A stretch of DNA of 39,249 nucleotides from a virus (Duplodnaviria; Heunggongvirae; Uroviricota; Caudoviricetes), in IMG/VR virus record IMGVR_UViG_2519899835_000006. The stretch is one strand, 5' to 3'. The number at the start of each line of letters is the position of its first letter. The first letter of the stretch is position 1. The notes beneath the pieces are model-generated. The model searched no databases and was not told where the DNA came from. It saw nothing but the letters and a program-made list of their open reading frames with translations. Made by a program: the position numbers and the translations under genes. Positions 9,741 to 21,484 of this stretch are shown piece after piece.

Positions 9741-11203
9741 TCCACCGTAAATTGAATGCCTGATTTTGAGGTATATGATCCGGATTGACTCTGCTGCTGT
9801 TGGGTATTTGTCGGTTGTTGGCTATTGCTCTGTTGTTGACTATTTGCAGCACTTGAAACCACCAAAGCATCATAAACGCGACCAGACTGACCACGTAATG
9901 AGTTATATTGGCCCTGCATTTTTCGCATTTTTGTTTCAGTAGCAGCCTTGGAATCACCGGGCTGAGGCAGGTACATTTTGGAATACTCCTGCATCTCTGG
10001 CAGAGTAATTGCTGCACCTGTTTCTGGGCGCAAAATTGCATACAAGGCGTCTCTCGCATTTACCATATATTGCTGCTCCGCTGGTGATAGGCTTAAATTT
10101 GCAATAGTCCCATCACCAAGAGAGCGATTTATTAATGCAACTCGCTTAGGGTCAATGCTTTTACTAAGCTGATTCATTGAGTCCATTGAATCTTTTAATC
10201 GCAAAGCAAATCCTGCCGCCTTCTTGGAACCCTCATTAGCCTTATCTATGATGCTTTGCGCTTGTGGCAAGCTAATTGGTTTAATGCCATCACCAGATAT
10301 AGGTTGGTTTAGTTTTCCGGCTTCCTCGCTGCCATCGGTGTAATACTTAGTTACCGAGCCATCAGGATTGGTTTCAACCTTAAGTAATTTCTTAGCATTG
10401 GGATTAATTCCCGCCGCTGCCGCAAATGCCGCTGCACCATCTGGATCCGCCTTTAACATTTGCGCGTACTGATTGTAATTCTGCATTGCGGCTGTTGGTG
10501 CATATGCTGACGTTAACGCATTTGCTCGGCTAATATCCTGCCCTCTCGCCTGAAGTGCTTCACCAGCCTGATTGCTGCGGATTGTCTCTGCCAGCCTGCC
10601 TCGGTCAATATCACGACCAGCCATCTTGTCCTGAACATTGAAGTAATCAATCGGACCAAGAGCAGCCATTCCAAGGTGATCAACAAACTCACCAAATCCT
10701 GAAGGATTCTGCTGATACATCTGAGCAACGCTGTTAGGGTCAACACCGACGCGAGTCAGTTCCTTGGCGTTGTTTTGCAGCCATGATTGCATTGCTTCTG
10801 GAGACGATGACGCAAGGCGTGCGCCAGCCGCTAAGGTGCCGATAGAATTGCGCTGCTCTTCATCAATGAATCCCATGCCTTTACGAACGGATTCAATCTG
10901 GTCTGGATATTGAGTAGCCAACTGACGCAAAGCACCGCGATCACCAGACGCATAAGCATTAGCGTATGCCTGCTGAAATTCTTTCTGCCGCTGAGCCTGC
11001 TTTTCCTGCTGAACCCCCCCCGCAATACCTGAAAGGCCTTGCAAAGCAGTCAGCCCAACATTGTTAGCGCCTGAACGCTCAATATCATTGTTCTGCCTGA
11101 TAAGCTGAAGCGTATTGCCGATGTCATTTACGCTCGGAGCGTTTGAGTTGACGCCGCCGATACCAGCCAACAATCCGCCATTTGATCCTTGCCAAGTAGC
11201 CAT
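9737..11203 (-). CDS. Ejection protein, P22 gp20-like
   Basis: 488 aa, Gln/Ala-rich; synteny gp7-gp20-gp16. Confidence 0.8.
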
Positions 11204-11212
11204 GATTACCCC

Positions 11213-11905
11213 TTAAAACAACGAACCAAGCAATCCGATACCAGCACCAATGCCAGCGCCCCAAGGTGTTGATGTTCCCAAAAGGCTGGCAAGACCTGCA
11301 CCGGCAATCGCACCAGACGTTCCGCCACTAATTGCTGTCTGAAGACTTGATGGTTTGTTGGCATTAGCAGCGGCAAGAGCTGCGCTTTGCTGTGCAATGC
11401 TGCTCATGTTGTTGGCGTACGTCTGCCCGGCGTTTGCCTGACCTTGCAGAGCACCAAGCCCAACGTTTGCCAGATTGTTGTAATTGCTCATCTGATTTGA
11501 TAACCAAGACTGACCGAGTGTCGGCGCGATCGTAGCCAGTTGATTGCTTGTGGCTGTCGAACCAAGTCCACCCGTCGCCTCCGCAGCAGCAAGACTCTGG
11601 TAACGCGCCTGACCTGCAAGGTCTTTATACTGCTGAGAGTTGTAATACTGATTAAGTGCCTGCCCCTGACCTTCTAAACTGGAAAGATTCTGAAGCTGGT
11701 TAACATACTGCTCCGCAAGCGGCGTGAACGGAGCAAGGTTTTTCATGATCGTCTGCCACTGCTGATTTTGCAGGTCTGCGGCATACTTCTGAGCTTCTGC
11801 TGCATACTTTGCGCTTTTATCAGAGCTGCCACCTTTCCCGCCTTTTTCAGGGCAATAAGGTTCCTCGCCGCGCAGTTTTCTGCCCAGCTTAAATGCATAT
11901 AACAT
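11213..11905 (-). CDS. Ejection protein, P22 gp7-like
   Basis: 230 aa, Gly/Ala/Gln-rich low-complexity C-terminal half; synteny. Confidence 0.75.
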   Translation of the reverse strand: MLYAFKLGRKLRGEEPYCPEKGGKGGSSDKSAKYAAEAQKYAADLQNQQWQTIMKNLAPFTPLAEQYVNQLQNLSSLEGQGQALNQYYNSQQYKDLAGQARYQSLAAAEATGGLGSTATSNQLATIAPTLGQSWLSNQMSNYNNLANVGLGALQGQANAGQTYANNMSSIAQQSAALAAANANKPSSLQTAISGGTSGAIAGAGLASLLGTSTPWGAGIGAGIGLLGSLF

Positions 11906-11907
11906 AG

Positions 11908-12363
11908 CTATCTCCCGTGATTCAGGAAGTCGATTAGTTCTTCGCGTGTGGCGCTGTAAAACGTCACGTCATCCACGCCTTTGAAGTATTTCTTGATGGT
12001 TCCTACACGCTTAAGGCCAATCATTGCGCAGTACATCTGACCGTGGCGGAATTTGCGCGCAGCGAACGATGTGACGCACTGAACGGTGGTGTTAGTCAGA
12101 ATGTATCGCCAGAACGCCAGCCCGATTTCCTTGCTGAAGCCGCGAATCTCTGACAGGTACATGGCGTGGCAATCGAATGTCAGCGGCTGAATCTCCTGAT
12201 AGTAAACAATGCCGCCAAACTGACCGTGCACGTTAACCTCAAAGTAACGGCATTCAGGCTTGTAATCGTATCCATCACCATTGTTGCTTCCGGCAATAAT
12301 GTCAGGGTGATTTCCGACTGCTTCGATCAGGTCGATGTTTCGCGTTGGTTTGAACTGAATCAT
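11908..12363 (-). CDS. P22 gp14-like virion/head assembly protein
   Basis: 151 aa; position between tail needle and ejection proteins. Confidence 0.7.
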   Translation of the reverse strand: MIQFKPTRNIDLIEAVGNHPDIIAGSNNGDGYDYKPECRYFEVNVHGQFGGIVYYQEIQPLTFDCHAMYLSEIRGFSKEIGLAFWRYILTNTTVQCVTSFAARKFRHGQMYCAMIGLKRVGTIKKYFKGVDDVTFYSATREELIDFLNHGR

Positions 12364-13211
12364 TACTGCTCCGCGATTATCTTGATGGTTGTGGCAGTAA
12401 ACGCCGCACCATTTGACTGAATGGTTAACGTGCTGCCATTTGTGGCAAGAAAGCCGTCTTTATCCACGCTGAAGAACGTAGCTAACAAGATGTTGTCGGT
12501 TGTTGTCACCGCATTACGACTGCTAACCAACGTGTCAGGAACAGAACCGGAAAATGTTAGCTGCATTGACCTGTTGGCGGTTCCGCTGGGCCACGTCCCG
12601 ACAATCGACAGCTTGAAGAACAGGGTTTTGTTCTCGTTGAACACAACCATCTTGTTGTTAACAGTGTCGAAGAATGGTGCCAACGTGCCGGATGACGGCG
12701 TGAGCGTTTTCAGCAGGCTAACAAGGTTGGTCGGCGCTGTCGGGATGGTTACTGATACGCCAGAGTAAACAACCTCTGACTTCTTGCGAGTAGTGGCATA
12801 CTCCAGAGCATCGATGCGCGATTCATGGTCTGAAACCTGCGACTCCAGCGACTGAACTCTGGTATCAAGCGACGCAATATCGCTTTCATTCTGAGCGATT
12901 CGCGTTTCATGTTCCTGAAGAGTTGATTCTGCCTGGCTGATTCTCTCCTCATGATTAACAAGCGTTGCTTCCGCAGCAGAAATTCGCTGCTCATGGTCAG
13001 CGAGAATCACATCCTGCTCATCGTTCCTGACTTGTGCGTCATAAGCGCCCTGTCCGGCCTCGTTGGCCTTGTTAGCCACGTTACCAACATCAGTACCCTG
13101 TGCGATAACGTACAGCAGATATGACTGCGAAAAGATATTGCGTGGAAGGACTGATGTGTCGAGCCGTGTAGCCTGAATGATTACCGGCACATTGAGATTC
13201 GAATCCGCCAT
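12363..13211 (-). CDS. Tail needle protein (P22 gp26-like N-terminus and coiled coil, Sf6-type C-terminal knob)
   Basis: 282 aa; N-terminus [43 protein letters not shown] matches gp26; central repeated HExRI coiled-coil motifs; C-terminal approx 120 aa extra domain. Confidence 0.9.
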   Translation of the reverse strand: MADSNLNVPVIIQATRLDTSVLPRNIFSQSYLLYVIAQGTDVGNVANKANEAGQGAYDAQVRNDEQDVILADHEQRISAAEATLVNHEERISQAESTLQEHETRIAQNESDIASLDTRVQSLESQVSDHESRIDALEYATTRKKSEVVYSGVSVTIPTAPTNLVSLLKTLTPSSGTLAPFFDTVNNKMVVFNENKTLFFKLSIVGTWPSGTANRSMQLTFSGSVPDTLVSSRNAVTTTDNILLATFFSVDKDGFLATNGSTLTIQSNGAAFTATTIKIIAEQ

Positions 13212-14629
13212 TACTCAATCCTTATCTGGCAGCCAGACAGAGTGACAGGTGACTTCGTGATAACGCGCAATTTGAATCCGACATTTTTCCTTATTCGCCC
13301 GACACGCTTCCACAAAACGCGTTTGTCGTAAACGAACGGTTCATTCTGCTCAATTATCTGCTCACGCCCGTAATTGATGCCGTCAGTGGTTGCAGAGAGA
13401 AAAAGGCGGTCAGCATACTGCGCAACTCCAGTTGAAGATTCAACTTCAAGGTCGAAAACTCTGGCGTTATCTGCTTTGAACAACGGAGTAAACAGCAGGT
13501 GTTCCTGTTGAAGCCCATACTGGCTGCTGATATCGAACTGCAATTTGCCGGTAACCGATTCCAGCTTATCGCCGCACGTTATCTGATTGCCTTCGTAAAT
13601 GAAGTCGATAGCGCGGTACACATCGTCATACAAGCCAGTTTTCAACACACACCATTGCGGACCATTGGCGCTTGAAGATGCGTCGTACACGAGAACATGG
13701 CGCGGAAGGTGGATAATCAGCAACTCATGAGCATCAAATCTCAGCGATTCCATCACACCATCAGCCAGTTCATCAGCAGTGTAGGAGCGGAGGATTTTCT
13801 CAATGCTCGCGCTGGCGATTGGTGAAACCTGACCGGATCCGATGATGTATACAGACGGAGCACCTGTTGCCGGATTGCTGATGAACGCATAAGAATCAGC
13901 GAATGGCGTTTTGCAGTAAGTCCCGGCGATGCCTTTTTGCACCATCAGTGATGGCTGTGCGACATACAAAGCGGCACCAACGGTGGTTGCGCCAGTCAGG
14001 GAAAAATACTCAATCGTCGATGAACCAAAGCAGACGATGAAGTCTCGCCATGTTCCGATTCCGATGATGCCGTCAGGCTGCGACTCGGCACGATATTGTG
14101 CGCTGTAGCGGTCAGGATGCGATTCGTCTTCAAGGTCAGTGATAAACCATGAATCAGTGCCGTCTTTTGACCACGCATAACGCCCGCGTAAGCGCGTAAT
14201 GTCACGAACAGAACCTAACTCATACTGCGTAAACCCGCTGTCTGCAGGCCAGTTTGAGACGGTTTTAACCGTGCCATCATAGCGATACTCGACCAGTTGA
14301 CCATTAACGCCTACAGCCTGAGATGTCCGACCATGTGCCATTGATACGCGACCACTTCCAGCGACGTCACCGACTTCGCTTTCGCCTTTGTAGAGCTTCC
14401 CACCACACACGCGATAAACAGCATTCTGCGCCATGTTGTACTCGACACCGCGCGATACACCATTCACATCAGAACGTTTGGCAATGCCAGGGAATGAGCG
14501 AAGATATCCGCTGCTGTTGAGTATTTCTTTGGGTGTAGCCAACATATTCACTGGCAGATAGTCGATATAGTCGGCGTTTCGAAAGTCTTTGCCGACACCT
14601 TTCATAAGCGGAAGTTGCTGAATCGGCAT
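13211..14629 (-). CDS. Tail hub protein, P22 gp10-like
   Basis: 472 aa; synteny gp4-gp10-gp26. Confidence 0.8.
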   Translation of the reverse strand: MPIQQLPLMKGVGKDFRNADYIDYLPVNMLATPKEILNSSGYLRSFPGIAKRSDVNGVSRGVEYNMAQNAVYRVCGGKLYKGESEVGDVAGSGRVSMAHGRTSQAVGVNGQLVEYRYDGTVKTVSNWPADSGFTQYELGSVRDITRLRGRYAWSKDGTDSWFITDLEDESHPDRYSAQYRAESQPDGIIGIGTWRDFIVCFGSSTIEYFSLTGATTVGAALYVAQPSLMVQKGIAGTYCKTPFADSYAFISNPATGAPSVYIIGSGQVSPIASASIEKILRSYTADELADGVMESLRFDAHELLIIHLPRHVLVYDASSSANGPQWCVLKTGLYDDVYRAIDFIYEGNQITCGDKLESVTGKLQFDISSQYGLQQEHLLFTPLFKADNARVFDLEVESSTGVAQYADRLFLSATTDGINYGREQIIEQNEPFVYDKRVLWKRVGRIRKNVGFKLRVITKSPVTLSGCQIRIE

Positions 14630-14637
14630 TTATTCAC

Positions 14638-15120
14638 CTATGCGTTTGGGATATCGCCATCAATCAGAGGGAGATCGCCTGGATAATATCGGTCAGATGT
14701 AAACACGTCATATTTATTACCCTGTCCTACAGGAAAATCTCCACGTCGTCGCATTGAAGGAACAACCAGAGTGTCGGTCATCAAGGCATCATATGAGCGT
14801 TTGGCGTTACTGAGAACTTGCGGAGTTGGTTCAAGGCTGTAATCAGATAGCATTCTCAGCAATAACTGATAGCCTACTGCGTGTTTGTATTTTCTTGGAA
14901 GACCTGACTCATCATCTGGTAATGGCTGCTCATCTCCAGTTGCGAAAGCGTAACCAATGTCGCCGGGGTTAATCATCCACTCGGACATCATATCTTCCAG
15001 ATCATTTACACCATCTTCAATTGATTGCGGCTCAACATCAGTCAGCGATGCATTAGAAGCAATAGCAAACTTACGAAGCGCAAAAAGGACGATCTCACCC
15101 TTTGTCAGTACTGTTGCCAT
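14638..15120 (-). CDS. Tail adaptor / head completion protein, P22 gp4-like
   Basis: 160 aa; synteny downstream of coat. Confidence 0.75.
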   Translation of the reverse strand: MATVLTKGEIVLFALRKFAIASNASLTDVEPQSIEDGVNDLEDMMSEWMINPGDIGYAFATGDEQPLPDDESGLPRKYKHAVGYQLLLRMLSDYSLEPTPQVLSNAKRSYDALMTDTLVVPSMRRRGDFPVGQGNKYDVFTSDRYYPGDLPLIDGDIPNA

Positions 15121-15280
15121 TGTCTGCCGCCTTACGACCTCGCTTACTGGTCGGTTTCAATTCATCAACTGAGGCAACAAAGCCCAACTTTTCGAAAAAC
15201 TGGAAGTCTTTTTCTGCGATAACGGCCTGTACATGTCCGGATTCGTTATCTGCGGCAAGGAATACACTCATGCGATCCAT
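15095..15280 (-). CDS. Small hypothetical protein between coat and gp4-like genes
   Basis: 61 aa; ATG at 15280 preceded by AAGGAAA RBS; overlaps gp4-like start. Confidence 0.4.
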   Translation of the reverse strand: MDRMSVFLAADNESGHVQAVIAEKDFQFFEKLGFVASVDELKPTSKRGRKAADNGNSTDKG

Positions 15281-15290
15281 ATTGTTTCCT

Positions 15291-15316
15291 TAAAACATAA
15301 AAGGGGCGGAAGCCCC
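15291..15316 (-). terminator. Rho-independent (probably partial) terminator immediately after the coat gene
   Basis: - strand GGGGC-TTCC-GCCCC hairpin followed by TTTTATGTTTT. Confidence 0.5.
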
Positions 15317-15322
15317 TTGTTA

Positions 15323-16594
15323 TTACGGATTACCGAAGAACTGACCGCCCATGTGAGGGTTAAAGCACACATATGCAGGCAGTAAGTCAAAGCGCATTTT
15401 TTGCACGTTGGCATCGCCATCTGCGTATTTATGTACGCGGATGGAGAAACCTTCATATGTTGCAACAGCAGAATCAATACTGTGCAGTTTCGGCAGTGGG
15501 ATAGAGCCAAGTCCACAGAAGAACTTGTTATAGAACAGGTTTGGCTTCATTGTCTGGCTAGCAGTGCCTACTACAGATACGGCATCGCCTGCCGCTACCT
15601 GACGACTTACAGAGTTGTACTGCGGGTTTGTAGTGTCATAAATCGGAACACCAGAAAGCGTAACCGTCACATCGCCACTGCTGTCTGAATTAGCATCAGC
15701 AGTAACCGTTGCAGTGAAGCTAATTGGTGTGGCTCCGTTATACAACGCCTGTTTGGTCTGCTGTTGCAGCCAGTAGGTATTGGTGAATTTAACCTGATCA
15801 CCAGCTTTCAGAAAACCTGTAACGCTGGCTGTCGCTCCGGTCAATGTTACAGTGAACTGGTATGAGTCTTTAACTGCGTTATAGGTAACAGTTGGCTGTG
15901 TTTTGACTGTCAGTGTTCCGCCAAATGCCCCCTGCGTACGAGAGGCAAGCCCATTAGACATCAGTGCGCGAATGCCGCCAAAATTGGTTGGAATCTGCGC
16001 ATTCTCCCATGCAGTACGAACCAATTGATCTGAAGCGTGCAAACCAGTCTGCGCATCAGCAAGTCGCTGTGCAGACCATGGATCCATTACAGCATAGTTT
16101 TCACCTTCATTAACGCCGAGGTCTTTCAGGAAAGATGCCGTCTGCGCAACATCAGACCATTTGGTGATTGGAGTATTGGGGCTACCAAGTGACAACGCAC
16201 CGTTATTCATCATGAAGTGAGCAAGCTCTGTTTCAAGGTCGGTAACGATTCGCTGGCGAACCGGCGCGAGAATTTCTTCCAGTTGGTTAAGCTTGATCGC
16301 TTCCTCCAGTTGCTGATATTCAACAGCAACAGTGATGTAGTTACCTACACGCCCCGTAGCTTTACCTGAGTTCAGGTTGTTTTTATTTTGCCCTGAAATA
16401 TCACCAGTGGGAGTACGGAGGGATGAGAATTGATGCGGACGTTTAAAGCTAACGCTATCGCCAGTGCTGGAGTTGATTTCACCTGCCAGCAACTGACGGT
16501 CTACGGTTTTCGCCAGAACTAAATCTGACATAAAACCAGGAAGGAATTTTTTCAGAACGATTTGACTGACGTTACTGTCGAGATTGTTAGGCAT
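15323..16594 (-). CDS. Major coat (capsid) protein, Sf6 gp5-like
   Basis: 423 aa; position after scaffold; strong RBS AAGGAAA; size matches Sf6 coat. Confidence 0.85.
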   Translation of the reverse strand: MPNNLDSNVSQIVLKKFLPGFMSDLVLAKTVDRQLLAGEINSSTGDSVSFKRPHQFSSLRTPTGDISGQNKNNLNSGKATGRVGNYITVAVEYQQLEEAIKLNQLEEILAPVRQRIVTDLETELAHFMMNNGALSLGSPNTPITKWSDVAQTASFLKDLGVNEGENYAVMDPWSAQRLADAQTGLHASDQLVRTAWENAQIPTNFGGIRALMSNGLASRTQGAFGGTLTVKTQPTVTYNAVKDSYQFTVTLTGATASVTGFLKAGDQVKFTNTYWLQQQTKQALYNGATPISFTATVTADANSDSSGDVTVTLSGVPIYDTTNPQYNSVSRQVAAGDAVSVVGTASQTMKPNLFYNKFFCGLGSIPLPKLHSIDSAVATYEGFSIRVHKYADGDANVQKMRFDLLPAYVCFNPHMGGQFFGNP

Positions 16595-16605
16595 TTATCT
16601 TTTCC

Positions 16606-17490
16606 TTATTCGATTTTTGCGCCGGGGCATAATTTGTTGAATTCGTCTTGTTTCGCATCAGCACCGCCACCACGTACTTCCGGCTCTGGCTTGATGGCTT
16701 TCTTTGGTTTTGGAGCAAGGCTTACCTGTTTGCTAATCTGCCCCAAGAGGAATGCTGCGCGAATTGGATCTGTCTCAGCGGCTACACGCTGGCGTAATTG
16801 CTGGCTCTTACCTAAGCCATAGGCGAGTAGTTCAGAGCCTTCGTCTGCACAGTGAATGATGATTTCCTGCTGAATTGGTGGTAGCTCACTAAGAACAATG
16901 GCTTCCATTTCCTGATAATCTTTCACAGGAAGTTTGGCTGCCCGTTGTTTATGCGCTTCTACCCTTTGCTGGAAACGCTGCTGGTATTCCTGTTGCTGAC
17001 GTAGTTTTTGTTGCTGCTGCTGTTCGACACGGCCTTTTTTCTCATGCCAATCAGTCAATGCCTGTTCAAACGCCTGTTCGTCATAATCACACGACTCAAG
17101 AGTCGGTTTTGGTGGAATAGCGTCTGGTTGTGGTTGCTGATGTTCCGCAGGCTTGGCTAATGCTTCCTCAAGCTGGCGTCGCAACTCACGGTTTTCTTTC
17201 TGTGTTTCTTTGAAGACTTTGCGAAGATCTTTCACCCATTGCGGTGCAGGTTGCCCGTCAATGTGATCATCATCGTCAGCGTTAAGCTGAATTTCTTCAT
17301 CACCAATACGCAAGGCGTAATCTTCTGGTGTCTCTTCGGTTTTTTCAGGATCAGTTGCCATCTCTTTTCCGTTGTCATCCTGGCTTTCATTCTCAGGCTG
17401 TGACTCTGTTTGGATGATGGTTTCTTCTGCATTTTCCTGTGTTTCAGACAGGTCAATAACCTGACCGTCGATGATCAGTTCGTTTTCCAT
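16606..17490 (-). CDS. Scaffolding protein
   Basis: 294 aa, highly acidic N-terminus, Gln/Glu-rich helical protein between portal and coat. Confidence 0.8.
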   Translation of the reverse strand: MENELIIDGQVIDLSETQENAEETIIQTESQPENESQDDNGKEMATDPEKTEETPEDYALRIGDEEIQLNADDDDHIDGQPAPQWVKDLRKVFKETQKENRELRRQLEEALAKPAEHQQPQPDAIPPKPTLESCDYDEQAFEQALTDWHEKKGRVEQQQQQKLRQQQEYQQRFQQRVEAHKQRAAKLPVKDYQEMEAIVLSELPPIQQEIIIHCADEGSELLAYGLGKSQQLRQRVAAETDPIRAAFLLGQISKQVSLAPKPKKAIKPEPEVRGGGADAKQDEFNKLCPGAKIE

Positions 17491-17503
17491 TGATTACTCC
17501 TGG

Positions 17504-19630
17504 TTAACTCGGCATTAAGTCTGCCGGTGACTGTGGTGGTGACTGGAATTGCTGTTGTTGTGACTCGGCGACATCTTTCAGAAGGCGTATTGCCTCCATC
17601 ACTGCTTTGTCATCGATGTTTCTGGCTTGAGCCAGTTTATAGACAGTGTTTGCCTGACTCTCCATCGCATCCTGCTGGGCAGTAAATGCTTTGATTTGAG
17701 TTTGAGCAGTTTCGTTAGTTGCTTTTTGCGCTTCTGCCTGCGCTGCTACCATTTGCGCCTGAGCGAGAACCATTTCAGGATTTGGCTGGCTTTGTGCTGC
17801 CATTTGCGCCTGTTGAACAATCTGCTGCTCTTTCTCATTGCGTGGTTTTGCAATACCAGATATCAGCAGTTGGTTTCGGTTGTACTCTTTGAAGTCATCA
17901 AGGCCTTCGCCATCGATATTGTCCAGAATAATACCCTGAATTGCCGGGCGCATTGGGTCTGTTGGAAGCATAGAGCTAAGGACATTTGTCAGTACAGAAA
18001 CCGTTGCATCACGTCGTGCTGTGTAGCTTGGTCCAACATCAACCGTCACATCGTATCGACCGACAGAAAGGTCATTTAACGCAACAACAGCCCCTGTTTG
18101 CCTGTCAACAACCTGTGCGCTCATGACAGCGATATCATCACTTCCATCTTCGTTAACGATGCGCACTTCACGTTCTGAACCGTACACTTCACGCGCCATT
18201 GACAGCCATACTTCACCAGCGCGTTTAAGACTTTTCGCCATATTGTCCAGATAGATAAACGAAGCCATATCTGCTCTGTTCATCAAGTTGTTAACCGTTT
18301 CCTGAGCAATATTACTTGGCATCTGCTGCATGGCCTGACTGCCGCCTGTAACCTCCTGAATATCTGCACTGGTTTGCTGTAGTAATGCAGCCAATGCCTG
18401 ATTCATAACCGCAGGCTGTGTATATCCTGCCGGGGTAGCTCCAGCGATAATGTTGCCAGATTTATCTCTCACTTCGCGCAACGGCAAGAACGCTGGGCGT
18501 TTCTTGTTACGAGCCTCCCAGTGCTTCTCAAGTCCACGAATTTGCTCCATGCCAACTATAGGGATCTGACCGGGGTCTTGCGCTGCAGTATCAGCCAGCA
18601 TTGATACCTGAAGGTTATACAAACGCTGTGGATCCATTGCTTTTGCAATGTGCCCTTCGACACGCTCAATGTCATCAATGAACCAGCGTTTTCCATAAAC
18701 CGGGATGAGGGGGATATGTTCACCAGGAATACGTCGAGGTTTCTCAAGGAAACCATCACCATCCACTACGGATACATACACACGACGGCGCTTCACTGAG
18801 CGCCTTGCCACTTCATGAAATCCAGCTATTGCCAGTTCATCTTCAATATCTTCAACCTGATCACTGTCGTATGTTGCAATCTCTCCAGTGATTGGATGTC
18901 GATAACTGATGACGTCAACAGACTCTTTACGAACTTCGTAATACTTCGCTATGTAAATAACATCTGCATCAAACCAGTCATATTCCCAACTGGTCATAGA
19001 CGTTACGTCCAGAGAAGCAGGAGGTTTCTTTCCGTATTCAGTCTCATATTTTTCAGGTGACAACGAATACATGCAGAACGCCCACAACGCGTCAGATTTG
19101 TCGTACTTCTTAGCGTCAGGGTCAAACCACACAGAGCGCGACGGGTCGTATATTGGTTCAATAGCAATACGCTGACGATCGTCCATGGGGTCGAATTCAT
19201 TGACCAGCATCGACGTCAAACGGAAGCAACCGAAACCACCGGTAGCAGCGTCGTCAAATGCATTATCGCAAGCCTCACCGCCATCAGTTTCTTCGTAGTC
19301 AGCACGGAACAGACCATTTAATTTATTGGCTAACTCTTCGCTTGCCTCTCTGTCACCAGGGCGAAACTTAACAGTGATTCTGTTATTGCGGTATTCTGCA
19401 ATGATGCGGTTAAGTTCAGTTGCTACCTTATTGATTTCAAACTTAGGATACTTCTCGAACTGCTCATCAAGCTTAGTTCCAGCCGCCGTTGCTCCTTCCC
19501 ATTGACCTCCGGGGACACGAGCAAACCTCGTAGCTTCAATGCACTTTTCGCGCACTTCCTGCTGTGGAGAATAGGCGCGGTCAAACCTGAGCATGATCCG
19601 CTCATGTTTTTTCTCTAATGTCTCTGCCAT
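17504..19630 (-). CDS. Portal protein (P22 gp1-like); track start 19702 would overlap TerL by 70 nt, ATG 19630 preferred
   Basis: About 708 aa; conserved portal motifs such as KRRRVY and GEHIPLIPVYG aligning to P22 gp1. Confidence 0.88.
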   Translation of the reverse strand: MAETLEKKHERIMLRFDRAYSPQQEVREKCIEATRFARVPGGQWEGATAAGTKLDEQFEKYPKFEINKVATELNRIIAEYRNNRITVKFRPGDREASEELANKLNGLFRADYEETDGGEACDNAFDDAATGGFGCFRLTSMLVNEFDPMDDRQRIAIEPIYDPSRSVWFDPDAKKYDKSDALWAFCMYSLSPEKYETEYGKKPPASLDVTSMTSWEYDWFDADVIYIAKYYEVRKESVDVISYRHPITGEIATYDSDQVEDIEDELAIAGFHEVARRSVKRRRVYVSVVDGDGFLEKPRRIPGEHIPLIPVYGKRWFIDDIERVEGHIAKAMDPQRLYNLQVSMLADTAAQDPGQIPIVGMEQIRGLEKHWEARNKKRPAFLPLREVRDKSGNIIAGATPAGYTQPAVMNQALAALLQQTSADIQEVTGGSQAMQQMPSNIAQETVNNLMNRADMASFIYLDNMAKSLKRAGEVWLSMAREVYGSEREVRIVNEDGSDDIAVMSAQVVDRQTGAVVALNDLSVGRYDVTVDVGPSYTARRDATVSVLTNVLSSMLPTDPMRPAIQGIILDNIDGEGLDDFKEYNRNQLLISGIAKPRNEKEQQIVQQAQMAAQSQPNPEMVLAQAQMVAAQAEAQKATNETAQTQIKAFTAQQDAMESQANTVYKLAQARNIDDKAVMEAIRLLKDVAESQQQQFQSPPQSPADLMPS

Positions 19631-19632
19631 GT

Positions 19633-21045
19633 TTACCAACCGGAGGATGAGGGAACGTATATTTCTGTTTCTTCGCGGACCAATGCCGGGCAATGCATAC
19701 ACATCATCAGCGCATCAGCCAGGTTAGGAGATGGGATACCGAGCTTCTGCTTCATTTCGACCTTAGTCATAAGCTCCAGCTTCCCGTTGTTATTGAATTT
19801 GCGCTGAATCTGCGTAAGTTCTGCAAACAGCTTCTCCAGCATCTTCTCGCCTATCGCTTCTTTGTCGAAACTCAGCATGTCGTCGGGGTCTGCATACTCA
19901 CCGTAGACAACCGCCCGATATGTCAGATACAGCCTGTCAGCCAGCGCGTAATAGAATTGCGCTCTCTTATTGCGGAACACATCACCAATAGTGCGAACGT
20001 TGTCGCCCTGTACGACTTCATCAGCCCATGCTCCGGCCTGATACGGTGCATCTTCATCGAATGGCGATTCGCTGCCCTTGAACATCGTGGCGGTGATTTT
20101 CTTGCCGGAGAACGCTTCCGTTGTCTGTCTGCGTAGCCCAGCACCAACACCATCACCATCCCACAGGTAATGGTCAGCGCCGTCTTCAATCGCCAGCGAA
20201 GTAGCCCAGTCAGCACCCTCGTTGATGTCCATCAGCAGACCTTCGGCAATGCGCTTAACCACCGAACCGTGACGCGATGCGTAACCTTTAGCATCTGGCC
20301 CTGTATCTGACGGGTCATGTGCAGAAACAACCGCGCCTTTCGCTTTCCATCCGAGTTTCTTGTGCGCATCGGTTGCGGCTTCAAGCCATTCACGTTTGAT
20401 GATTGCCATATCACTTGCGCTTACTGGCTCACCAAGCCAGATGTGACGATACAGTGTCGGATTTCTGCGTTTGCACTCTTCCATCTCCAGACGGAGAACT
20501 TCAGGAAAGTGCGGATTGTCGGTGTAGTTCACCGTCAGCAGGCAAATATCATCTGGAGGATTTACGACGAATCGCTGATAGGTATCGTCGAGTATGTTTT
20601 TCGGGTTAAAGCTCACCCATATTTCGGAAAACGGCTTGCGGATGGTTGGTATCAGGATATCCCATGATTCCTTCGTTACCGCTTCCGCTTCTTCCACCCA
20701 GCAGATATCAATGCCTTCGAGCGATTTAATCTTCGTCGGGTTGTTTTTTATGCCGTAGAACATGAATTCAGCATTCGTTCCGAGATGACGAATCATTGAA
20801 CGCTGAATTTCAAACTCAGCCGAATACCCTTCCCGCTCTATGGTGTCTTCAAGCAACCGGATTACCGAATCGCTGATACTGTTTTGCAGTTCACGAGCAC
20901 AGAGGATGCGCACCGGCTGCCGACGCGCCGCTTCAACAAGCAGCCTTGCGATTGCCCATGACTTACCGCTACCTCGACCGCCTTTGGCGACTTTGTAGCG
21001 ATGCGCCTCAATGAACGGTTCAAAGATAGGATTAATCGAGGTCAT
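19633..21045 (-). CDS. terL: Terminase large subunit (TerL)
   Basis: 470 aa; Walker A KGGRGSGKS near N-terminus; ATPase plus nuclease domain size; same length as Sf6 gp2. Confidence 0.9.
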   Translation of the reverse strand: MTSINPIFEPFIEAHRYKVAKGGRGSGKSWAIARLLVEAARRQPVRILCARELQNSISDSVIRLLEDTIEREGYSAEFEIQRSMIRHLGTNAEFMFYGIKNNPTKIKSLEGIDICWVEEAEAVTKESWDILIPTIRKPFSEIWVSFNPKNILDDTYQRFVVNPPDDICLLTVNYTDNPHFPEVLRLEMEECKRRNPTLYRHIWLGEPVSASDMAIIKREWLEAATDAHKKLGWKAKGAVVSAHDPSDTGPDAKGYASRHGSVVKRIAEGLLMDINEGADWATSLAIEDGADHYLWDGDGVGAGLRRQTTEAFSGKKITATMFKGSESPFDEDAPYQAGAWADEVVQGDNVRTIGDVFRNKRAQFYYALADRLYLTYRAVVYGEYADPDDMLSFDKEAIGEKMLEKLFAELTQIQRKFNNNGKLELMTKVEMKQKLGIPSPNLADALMMCMHCPALVREETEIYVPSSSGW

Positions 21046-21482
21046 TTTCCGAATAGAGTGCTCATCGGTGATGTTTCAATCTGGATTGCGCCGCCGTCTT
21101 TGCCTGTTAGCTCGTGATCAACCTTGTCGCGCCATTTATCCTTCTGTCGATTCTTAAGCCAGAAGATGGCAGCTGTTGTATCAGGCGGGTAATACTTCTC
21201 AAGCGGAGTTTCGACAATTCTGTTTTCAATAACACGAATATCGATGTCTGGAGCCACGAAGCCCATAGCGCGTTGATAAAGACGATCACTAACTTCTGCA
21301 TCAGCGACGGCCTTACCCTTTTTTATGGACTCCGAAAACTTAGGATAATCAAGCTTCCACTTGTTAATAGTTGACTCACTGACTTCAAAGAAATCAGCAA
21401 GTTCTGCATCGGTGTAGCCCAGCAAGCACAGTTTGCGTGCCTGTTCGGCATACGCCTCTTGATACTTTGTTGGGCGCGCCAT
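21042..21482 (-). CDS. terS: Terminase small subunit (TerS)
   Basis: 146 aa immediately upstream of TerL with ATGA overlap; N-terminal HTH-like region. Confidence 0.8.
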   Translation of the reverse strand: MARPTKYQEAYAEQARKLCLLGYTDAELADFFEVSESTINKWKLDYPKFSESIKKGKAVADAEVSDRLYQRAMGFVAPDIDIRVIENRIVETPLEKYYPPDTTAAIFWLKNRQKDKWRDKVDHELTGKDGGAIQIETSPMSTLFGK

Positions 21483-21484
21483 GT

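Noticed and set aside
7994-20667. Numerous 60-150-aa ORFs antisense to structural genes (e.g. 7994..8233, 10513..10746, 12421..12768, 17627..18079, 19693..20136, 20317..20667)
   Set aside because: All lie inside and opposite to long, well-supported virion genes; typical chance antisense frames.
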